Assembly: GCF_963921235.1 (NCBI RefSeq)
Contig: NC_086097.1
Span: 121,274,001-121,338,000 of the forward strand
Length of the DNA: 64,000 nt
Reading direction: 5' to 3'
Origin: Mobula hypostoma
Lineage: Eukaryota
Shown: in pieces, positions 54,401 to 64,000 of the stretch
How positions within the stretch are numbered: position 1 is the stretch's first letter
Layout: every line of letters begins with the position of its first letter
Position numbers and translations under genes: made by a program
Notes under the pieces: generated by a model
What the model saw: only the letters and a program-made list of their open reading frames with translations
Database searches by the model: none
Told to the model about the DNA's origin: nothing

Positions 54401-56880
54401 TGCCTTCCTGACTTCATCTACTGTGGGGAGGGTGTCGAGGTTCTTGTTGATCTCTACCTGGGGCAGGCGGGCAATGGCCTCGTCGTTGATGTCGGTAGGG
54501 CAGTTAAGGACGTTGTTAAAGTGCTCAGCCCACCGATTCAGAATCTGCTTCTTCTCTGTCAGCAGCTGCGTCTCATCTGCGTTGAGGAGGGGTGAGGAGC
54601 TGGAGGACTGGGGTCCGTATACAGCCTTAAGCGCATCATAGAAGCGCATTATGTCGTGGCTGTCTGTATAGCCCTGGATTTCATCGGCCTTCTTGCTGAA
54701 CCAGCTGTCCTGCATCTCGCGAAGTTTTTTCTGCACCTTGCGTTGGTAAAGGCATCTTTTTTGGCTAGCGACGTGGGGTCATTCTGATGCGCTCTGTAAT
54801 GTTGATGTTTCTCCATTAGTAGTGCCTGTATTTCTTCATCATTCTCATCGAACCAGTCTTGGTTTCTTCGGGTTGCTGGTCCGAGATGTTCGAGGGCGGT
54901 AGTGTGGACAGCGTCTCTGAAGGCCGTCCACTGTTCCTCAACGCTGGTCCCGTCTTCCTGTGGTGTGTCTGGCAGTCTGCCTTCAAGGTCATCGACGAAT
55001 TCTTCTGCAACCCTGCTGCTTTTCAGCTTGGAGACATTCAGCCTCTTTGCAGTCTTCTGCCCTTGGGGTCTTCTCATGGGCAGAATGCGAAGCCTGAACT
55101 TGGACACAATGAGGCGGTGGTCGGTCCAGCAGTCAGCACCACACATGGCTCTCGTCACTCTGACATCCATCCTGTCCCTCTTCCTGGTGATGATGTAGTC
55201 AATCAGATGCCAGTGCTTCGAGCGTGAGTGCATCCATGATGTCTTCTTACGGGTGGGTAGGCGGAACAGAGTGTTGGTGATGACAAGGTTGTGTGTGGCA
55301 CATGTCTTGAGGAGCAGAAGGCTGTTGTTGTTACACTTGCCAGTGCCGTGTCTTCCAATGATCCCTTCCCAGGTTTGGTAGTCTGTCCCCACTCTGGCAT
55401 TGAAGTCCCCGAGAATGATGAGCTTCTCTGACTGTGGGATTGCTGAGATGAGGGCGTCGAGTTCTTCATAGAACTTGTCTTTAATGTCATCTGGGTTGGT
55501 CATGGTGGGAGCGTAGGCACTAATCAGCGCAGCACTCTTCTTGTTTGCAAGTGGGAGCTGAAGTGTCATCAGGCAGTCGTTGATGCTCTCTGGGTGCTTG
55601 GTGAATTTACGGGCGAGGTTAGAATTGATGGCAAATCCCACGCCTGCTTCTCGTCGTTCAACGCTGCTGCGACCGCTCCAGAAGAACGTGTATCCACCAC
55701 TACGTTCTGTCAGCTGGCCCTTGTCTGCTAGGCGCGTTTTGCTGAGAGCTGCTATGTCCACGCTGTAGCGAGCTAGCTCTTTTACAACCAGTGCAGTTCT
55801 TCTCTCTGGTCTGTCTGCCTTGACGTTATCTCGCAGAGTTCTCATGTTCCATGTGCCAAGGTTGAGCACCATCACTTTCTTCCGCGTTGGGTTTGAAGTC
55901 ATGACTTGCGCTTGACTTGGATTAAAGTGAGGGAGAGTTGCGCAGGTCGTCAGCCTCACTCTCTCGTCCCGGCCTATATGGACCCAGTGGCAAGACATAG
56001 TCGAGACGGCTGGAGATAGGTCAGGATGCAGCGGATGGCCAGCAGTGTTCTGTGTGTCTCTCTGTGCCCTCTTAGCGCTCCACGACGCACTGCTGAGAAT
56101 CGCCTTTCTGCCCGTTGAACCAGTGATGGTTTCTTCCGCGTAGTCTGCTGAATCCAGGCTTCACATGCTAGATAGACAAGCCCTGAGTGTTGTGGGTCTA
56201 CGGCAGTTCTTGCGGCGTGCTCGCAAGCCTCCCTACCCATTGTTGGATATCCTCATCCGCCTTTGCAGCCGTTGGGAGATGTCTCCTCTTCCGCCTGCTC
56301 CGCCGTTGGGATGATCACCTGGTGGTGTAGTAATGACACCACTGTAGTAATTAGGCCATGGTTTTCCAAATCATCTCCAGTAACTTCCCATCCACTCACG
56401 TGAGATTCATCGGTCTTTAGTTTCCAGGATTATCCCTATTCTCTTTCTTAAACAATAGAATAACAGTAGTTACTTGCAGTGCTCCATAACCTTGCCTATG
56501 ACTAGAGTGGACACAAAGATATTGGTCCAGGCCACAGCAACTTCATTTCTTGCCTCTTTCAATAACCTGGACATAACCCATCAAGTCCTGGGCATATCCA
56601 CCTTAATGCTCTTTAGGAGACTCACACTACCTCCTCCTTTACCTCAAAATGCCCCAGCATATCAATACTACCAGTACTAATATTCCAACCTTCCACTTCC
56701 TTCTCCTTGGTAAATATTGATGCAAATTACCTCACCCACATCTTCCCTCCTTTATCCTTGACTGCTCCTAGTCACTCCCTATTTATCTTCTTGCTCTTGA
56801 TGTTTGCATAGAATGCCTTGGGATTCTCTTTATTCCCACTTGCCAAGAACTTTGCATGGCCACTCTTGGCTTTCCTAACA
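51430..56880 (-). mobile_element. Old CR1 LINE hosting the RTE insertion
   Basis: Degraded CR1 sequence at 51430-52616 continues at 56350-56880. Confidence 0.7.
52617..56349 (-). mobile_element. Near full-length RTE-clade LINE (APE endonuclease, RT, C-terminal Zn finger); one frameshift, one stop
   Basis: ORFs 54649-55998 (GTWNMRTL, GYTFFWSG, LGDFNARVG, TDH), 53591-54736 (GVKQGCVLAP, LLFADD), 52670-53587 (CPTCGR...HLRTH); (CAA)n tail; 31-bp TSD. Confidence 0.97.
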
Positions 56881-57445
56881 ACAAAAAGAAGTTCTGTGAA
56901 AATTGTCCTTCAGTGCATTTTGTGCTACAGCTGGAGGAGTGCTGACTATGCCAGAAGCCATTTCGACAGCTGCGAAGTCAGATTATTTACTGCTCTGGGA
57001 ACTCAGCCTGCACAGAGGTTACCAAAATGGCCACCCTTAAAAGAGAAGCCTTTGGTTTTATGTTTGCATGTAGATATAATCTTATTTCTAAGTAGCGTTA
57101 AGTGAAAAGTTAGCTCACTGGATAAAAACAGCTATTTTAATTGCCTACAGAAGAATAGTTGATGGAAATCACCAAAAAAATTGACATCTCCTAGGAGTAC
57201 AAATCTTAAATGTTTGTGTTACATCAGGTAATGATTTTGAATATATCCCTACTCTAACCTCTAACTTTACTTTTATAAAATTCTTTATTCTTTACAATTG
57301 CTGAACGTTGCAATGAAGGAACCACAGAATATGAATGTAGGTGGAGCAGGAGGCAGTTGCCTGGAGAGGCTGAGAAGTTTCAAGATGGTATACTCATTCT
57401 TCCATTTATATTGAATTGCTGAGTGCGCTCAGCCAGTGAACTCTG

Positions 57446-58045
57446 CACTCAGTGCTATTCTATTAGGCGCACTTGTACCTATTAGGCAAATATCTAATCA
57501 GCCAATCATGTTGCAGCAACCCAATGCATAAAGAGGTTCAGTTGTTCTTCAGACTAAACATCAGAATGGGGAAGAAATGTGATTTAAGTGACTTTGACCA
57601 TAGAATGATTGTTGGTGCCAGATGGGGTGGTTTCCGTATCTCAGAAACTGCTGATCTGATTTTTTCACGTGTAACAGTCTTTACAGTTTACAGAGAATAG
57701 TGCAAGAAGCAAATAAAAATCCAGCGAGTGGCAGATCTGTGGGCAAAAACACCTTGTTAATGAGGGAAAACTTGTGAAGATCAGCAGATGCTGGAAATCA
57801 GAATGATACACACAAAATGCTGGAGGAACTCAGCACATCTGGCAGCATCTATGGAAAGGAATGAACAGCCGATGTTTCAGGCCAAGACTGATGAAGGATA
57901 TGCAGTGGTGTGCAGAACAGCATCTCTGAATGCACAGTACATCAAACCTTGAAATGGATGGGCTACAACTGCAGAAGACCAGGAACATACACTCAGAGCC
58001 CACTTTGTTAGGTACTGGAGGTATCTAATAAAGTGGCCACTGTGT
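57446..58045 (+). mobile_element. Tc1-like non-autonomous transposon with inserted Penelope fragment (about 57775-57898)
   Basis: Same TIRs and MGKKCDLSDFD..MIVGAR remnant as the 49876 copy. Confidence 0.8.
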
Positions 58046-59452
58046 CTATATCAGTACACAGCACATAGTATATAAATAGACAACATAGACAGAAGATCAG
58101 ATTTAATTTAAAACAATACTGCACTTCCTTATATATTATATAATAATGCTTAGTTAGACAAGGTAATCTGGGTAATATCAGTCCAAGATTCAGGATTGTT
58201 TGATGTTATTTCCAGTGAACAAGTATAAAAAAGAATGAAATAACTGTTACTCCAAATCCAATGCAGCACAAAAGAAGTACAATAAGATAAAGAACTCAAT
58301 AATAAAACATTCAATAAATCTAAATACATGGGATAGCTTATATACATTGATTGATTGTGTGTCCACAAAGTGACGCTAAACACAGGAGTGTTCATACATA
58401 AGGTGATTCTAAAAGGTAGCAATAAACTAGTGGTGGTAGGGGACTTGGGATGGTGGTGATGATCTGCCTTACAGCTTGTGGAAAGTAACTGTTTTGAGTC
58501 TGGTGGTCCTGGCATGGACGCTACATAGCCTCCTCCCTGATGGGGGTGGGACAAACAGTCCATGAGCAGGGTGGGTGGGATCCTTTATGATGTTACTAGC
58601 CCTTTTCTGGCACCTTTCGGTATATACGTCCTTGGTGGTGGGTAGAAGGGTGCTGGTGATGCGTTACCCATTGTAGAGCCTTCCTCTCTGCCACAGTGAA
58701 GTTTCTGTAGAGTGTGGTTTCAGTGCAGTTCAGCGAGCTGTGAGGTGCAAATAGTCACTATCTGCATTTGCATTCGATCATCTTATACATCGAAGAGTTA
58801 AGCTGCCCTTAGCTATGTCAGTGTCTTCCAGCATCTCAATTAAATGTGCAGTCATTTGAAAAATACGGTCTCTGTAATTCATTGTTCTTTCACAGATGCA
58901 AGTCATAACCCAAGTGATTGATTAGCAATGGACACTTAAGCAAGGAAGGGTTTCGCGCAATGGAATCTAAACTTTGACATTAACACTGTTCTCTTTTCTT
59001 GGTGAGAAATGCCCAGGGTGGTGTTCCCATACTTGGGAACAATGTATTTGTTTTATAAGTGAAGTGCAAGGGCATATTGTTGATAAAACCTCAGTGCATA
59101 ATACAGTTTGTCTGTCTTTGGTGCATGTTGTTCATGTCTTGGTTACTAATTCTACTAACATTACAAGTTGCAAAATATACCTTCGGCATTTAAAACATGG
59201 AACGTAGAACAGTACCGCACAGGACCTGACCATTCGACACACAATGTCGTGCCAAACCAATTAAATTGGTAATCAAATGGCTGACTAAACTAACCTCTTC
59301 TGCCTACACAATATCCATATCCTTCCATTTTCCAGCCTGATCCCAAAGTTTCTGCTATATGATGCAGTCACTGAAGTCAGAACTGAGCCGACTTGTGAAG
59401 ACCAGCTTGCTGACAGCCCTCTACTGAACTGCTGGCGTAAGATACAGTACAT

Positions 59453-59995
59453 ACACTCAATGGCCACTTTATTAGGTACCCCTGTACACCTACTCGTTAA
59501 TGCAAATATCTAATCAGCCAATCATGTGGCAGCAACTCAATGTATAAAAGCATGTGGACATGGTCAAGAGGTTCAATTGCAGTTCAGACCAAACATCAGA
59601 ATGGGGAAGGAATGTGATCTTAAGTGAATTTGACCATGAGGCAAGACAGGGTTTGGGTTTCTCAGAAACTGCTGATTTCCTGGGAGTTTCACACACAACA
59701 GTCTCTAGAGTTTACAGAGAATGGTGTGCAAAAAAAACCAAAAAAAAACCTAGTGAGTAGTAGTTCTTTGAGCGAAAACCCCTTGAGAGATGTCAGAGGC
59801 AAATGGCCAGACCGGTTCAAGCTAACGGGAAGGTGACAGAAACTCAAATAACCAAACATTACAACAGTGGTGTGTAGAAGAGCACTTCAAACCTTGAAGT
59901 GGATGAGCTACAGTAGCAGAAGACCATGAACCTGCAGAAATACACCCAGAGTCCACTTTATTAGGTATATGTTGTATCTAAAAAGGTAGCCATGA
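59453..59995 (+). mobile_element. Tc1-like non-autonomous transposon
   Basis: tacactcaatggccactttattaggtac TIR; SETADFLGVSHTTVSRVYREW. Confidence 0.85.
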
Positions 59996-61199
59996 CCATA
60001 TATCTTTTAATACTTCATCCCAATTTTGAAATGGTTGCTTTCGGGTACACCTCTGAATGCCAAAATTTTTATCACCAGTGCTTAAGAATCAGTACTTACT
60101 TCCTTACTTAAGCCCTTCGCCCCTTTTGGGGTTTAGGCCATGGACTGCAACTTGCCAGAATCCTCTGTCCTGGGCCAGTCTTTCAAGTTATCTCCAGGTG
60201 TCGTCCATCTTAAGATCTTTCCTCCCACAGGGATTAGGTCTTCGGAGCTTCTGGGCTGGGTTTGTTAGCCCCATACCCCACCCTCCTCCTTTCGCGGTCT
60301 GGCTTGAGACCAACCATGGTGGAGTTCTTGTGAATTAGTGTCCTCTGGTAAATGTTAGATGAGTATGCATGACGTTGATTTTAATTGTTATAGTTTGAAG
60401 TTGTCAATTCAATTCTGTTTGAAAGGATCGTTTATTTGCCAGAAAGAAATTAGCTATTTCTTGTTACTTAGACCATATAATAATTGTTCCCCATAATTCA
60501 ATAGCAGAGCTCACAGTGTGACAGAAGATGAGGTAGTTTGTGGTTTTAGTAGCTCGGAAACTTAGAATCTGAGTAACTCCATCATTCAACTGTGTTACAT
60601 CAAATTAATCCTAGCAACTGTGACACCATCAAGGCCTGTCTCATTTTAAGGTCTGTGATGATATCTACGTTTGTAACTTGCGGAAGGTTACAACTGTTTG
60701 TTTTCTGAACACTCAGGTCAGGTTGTCAAATAAGTGGAATCGAACAACAGATGAATGTACACAGGAGAATTAGAGAATGACAGTTTACACGGTTCTGTAA
60801 ATCATTTAACTGCAAATGAAAGCTAATGTCCAAGTTTTATTTTTGGAATTCATCTTTCCCAGGACCATTTCTCTTTCTTTTTCTGGATGCATCTTGCAAA
60901 AGTCTTTGTAAATCTGAATGATTAATGGTTCTTATTAAGGTAGGTGCATCTGTGCTGGAGCAGAAACCATTTATTTTCATTCTGAACACCTTGCTTCAGA
61001 AATTCAAAATCCATAGTACTTTCCTGAGTGTCCCATATAATTCAGTGGAGAATGTGGCAAATATTTTATCCATGGGATTGAATAAATTTTATAGAGTATT
61101 CCCTCAACACCAGTCTCAGTAGAATATGCTATAAAATTTAATCAATCCCGCGGATAAAGTATTTGTCACATTCTCCGTTGAATATAATCCCACGTACAC

Positions 61200-61780
61200 A
61201 GTTTGGTCCATGGCTTCCTTTATTGTAATTTCCCATTCCCACTCCAACATGTTGGTCCATGGTCTCCTCTACTGACATGATAAAACCACTCTTAAGATGG
61301 AGGAGAAACACCACTTTTTCGTCTGGGTAGTCTTGAACCTGATGTGATTAACATCAATTTATCTAACTAATGATCACTTCTCTGTGCCCCCCTCTCTTTT
61401 TCCAATCCCAATTCTGGCTGTCCTCCTAACACTTCTCATCTGCTCATCACCTTCTTCACTTTCTCCCATGGTCCATTTTCCTCTGCTACAAAATCCCATC
61501 TTCTTTACAGCCCTTTACATCTTCCACCTATCATGTCCCAGACTGCCACTTCATTCCATCCTCCCCCACCTACCTACCTGCCCCTTAACCTGGTCTCATC
61601 TATCACCAGCCTGGTTGTGCTCCTTCTCCTCCTCTACTTTCTTATTCTGGCTCCTTCCCACTTCCTTTCCAGCCCTGATGAAGAATCTTGGCCCAAAACA
61701 TCCACTGTTTCTTTCTCTCTGCAGATGCTGCCTGATGTGTTGAGTTTCTCCAGCATTTTGTGTGTGTTTTTCTTCATTTA
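61200..61780 (+). mobile_element. Penelope-like 3' fragment
   Basis: GIY-YIG C-terminal remnant, pyrimidine tract, degraded hammerhead near 61672-61706. Confidence 0.7.
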
Positions 61781-62019
61781 AGTCTAGTTTGTAAAGCACA
61801 CAATGCCTATAACTTTTTATCTGACCAATAACGGTGTCACAGTTATAACTGGTGAATACCAGTCATTCTGTATGCTGTAGCATTTTTCATAAATTTGAGA
61901 ATTTTTTTTTATTCTGGAAGACAAGATGTTACATAACAAGCCCAGTAAATATGAGCATTGGTGCTTGTACGTGTAAAGCAAAGTCATTGTTATTATCATT
62001 TTATAATGATTTCCCAATG

Positions 62020-62344
62020 ACTCAATTCCCTAGCCCTGACCAGGGATGTCCAGCCCCTATACCCTTCTATCCACCAACAAGAAGGCCTTAAAATTTTCCA
62101 CTTCTTTCTTGAGAACAGACACATCTAGTTCCCCTCCTCCATCACCTTTTTTGCTGTCTGGTGGAACTGGTCCTAATCCTCTACAATTTCTCCTTCAGCT
62201 CCTCCCAATTTCTCTGAACCCAAGGTGTAGCCTTGGGCACCTGCATAGGCCCAAGCTATGCTTGCCTTTTTGTTGGCTATACGGAACAGTCCGTGTTCCA
62301 AGCCTTCCCTAGTAATTCTCCCTAACTTTTTCATGCTACATAGG
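62020..62344 (+). mobile_element. Penelope-like RT fragment, truncated by LTR insertion
   Basis: GVALGT.IGPSYACLFVGY.EQS.F...YIG(D) matches the PLE RT GxAMG / RYIDD region. Confidence 0.7.
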
Positions 62345-62391
62345 TGATGCACCTTCAATTACTCCAAAAGACTGGAAGTAGGGTAAATACT
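62345..62391 (-). mobile_element. 47-bp U5 end of a related LTR in opposite orientation
   Basis: Reverse complement agtatttaccctacttccagtcttttggagtaattgaaggtgcatca resembles the LTR end at about 62575-62621. Confidence 0.75.
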
Positions 62392-62621
62392 TGTGGTAAA
62401 CCATGTTATATATGTTGTAACTCGGTTACCTGTCTGGACACACCCCTCTGCTGACTGCCCCTGTGGCTCCTCCCACAGTGTCCTGTATAAAGGTGTTCGC
62501 CTTGCCCCTCTCCCTCAGTCCGGGGGCAGACACTCACTGTGGAGGTCGTATTGTACAGCGAATAAAAGCCTTTCAGTATTTTACCAAACCTCAGTCTTTT
62601 GGAGTAATTGAAGGTGCTTCA
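62392..62621 (+). mobile_element. 5' LTR (230 bp) of a young Gypsy element
   Basis: TG...CA; TATAAA 62486-62491; Inr-like tcagtc near 62516; AATAAA 62561-62566. Confidence 0.85.
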
Positions 62622-62647
62622 ATTTTATTCGCTGTACGTTTTAAAAC

Positions 62648-64000
62648 ATGGAACAGGCCCTGAGACCAGAAAAATTAGACCTCAATCCGCAAACACCTGA
62701 AGCTGGAAACGCATTTGAACTCTGGCTGGCCTGCTTCGAAGCGTATCTAGAGGAGATTAAAGCGACCGACCCCGTAGCGAAGCGCAGAGTTCTACTCTCC
62801 AGGGTCAGTCCACGGGTCTACTCGATGATCAGAGACCAGCCGAACTACGACGGTGCAATGAACACACTCAAAAGACAATACCTGCGGCCGATAAACAGCG
62901 TCTATGCTCGCCACCGTTTAGCAACACGGCAACAACGCCCCGGGGAATCGAGTGCTGAGTTCGTCCAGGCCCTACGGACGCTCGTGCGAGCCTGCAATTG
63001 CCAGGAGCTGACGGTGGCACAGCATGCAGAACTCCTAGTGAGAGACGCCTTCGTCATGGGGACCAGGTCAGTGTACGTGTGCCAGCGGCTGCTGGAAAAA
63101 GCCGATCTTACCCTAAATTCGGCAATCGAGCTGGCTGATACGTTGGAGGCTGCTCTGCATAACTCCGAGGTTCTCCAGGCACGCGATCCCCCGATGGCCT
63201 CGTGGGCACCGCAGACCCCGCAACCCGCCGGCGAATCGACCTCGGCTGCCGCCAGTCGTGAGTCCGCGAAGTGCTACTTCTGCGGACTGGAGAAGCACCC
63301 CCGGAAATGCTGCGCGGCTCAACAAGCTACCTGCTCCAGCTGCGAAAAGAAGGGCCACTTCTCCAAGGTCTGTAAATCAAAACCGCGAGCGGGATCGAGC
63401 AGCGCCGCGTGCGAGACGTGGGGGTCGCCATCTTCCCTGCACGCCACCACCACGTGCGAGACGTGGGGGTTGCCATCTTGGCTGCCGCCATCTTCCCTGC
63501 ACGCCACCACCACATGCGAGACATGGGGGTCGCCATCTTGGCTGCCGCCATCTTCCCTGCACGCCACCACCACATGCGAGACATGGGGGCGGCCATCTTG
63601 ATCGGCGCCACCTCCCACTGCCTACGACCAACGGGTGCTCACGCGGCACCCCACCACGCCGGACCAAGACAGCGACCCCACCCTGGCTTCCGTGACCCTC
63701 GACCAAAGCGCTCCCCACCAGCTCGCAAGGTCAATGATGGACATCCTGGTGGAGGGGCACAGGACAAGCTGCCTGTTTGACACAGGCAGCACGGAGAGTT
63801 TTATCCACCCAGCCACGGTGCAGCATTGTGGACTCATGATATGGCCGGTAAGTCGGAGGGTCACCATGGCCTCCAGGTCGCATACAACAGACATCCGGGG
63901 GGGGGTTGTGTAGTGACACTAGTGGTGCAGGGCACAGAATATCGGGACTTTACGTTACTGGTCTTGCCTCAACTGTGTGCCCCTGTGCTGCTGGGGTTGG
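62648..64000 (+). mobile_element. Gypsy gag-protease (runs off the window), premature stop at 63599-63601
   Basis: YARHRLATRQQRPGES; CYFCG...H...C and CSSCEKKGH..VC knuckles; protease CLFDTGSTESFI in the same frame after the stop. Confidence 0.92.

Noticed and set aside
53057..55227. Long plus-strand ORFs (up to 194 aa)
   Set aside because: Antisense shadows of the GC-rich RTE ORF.
62345..62640. DIRS-type element suggested by inverted termini
   Set aside because: An aspartic protease follows gag and the LTR has TG...CA ends, which indicates Gypsy.

Overview
Eukaryotic, repeat-dominated sequence. The repeat families suggest a cartilaginous fish, probably a ray (inference). Most of the window is nested transposons: many CR1 LINE pieces, Rex1/Babar LINEs, a nearly complete RTE LINE, Penelope-like elements carrying hammerhead ribozyme motifs, three Gypsy LTR elements, a BEL/Pao remnant, a class III (ERV-L-like) retrovirus remnant, Tc1/Tigger non-autonomous transposons and tRNA-derived SINEs. 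No known host gene is intact. A weak multi-exon candidate lies at about 1-13 kb. Highlights: (1) a two-LTR Gypsy element whose RT/RNase H/integrase core is replaced by an intronless copy of host RBM25 mRNA; (2) a young Gypsy whose primer-binding site is a perfect 15-nt complement of its own LTR poly(A)-signal region instead of a tRNA, suggesting self-priming; (3) foldback Penelope insertions with paired minimal hammerheads. All calls were made by eye, and boundaries of old repeats are approximate.
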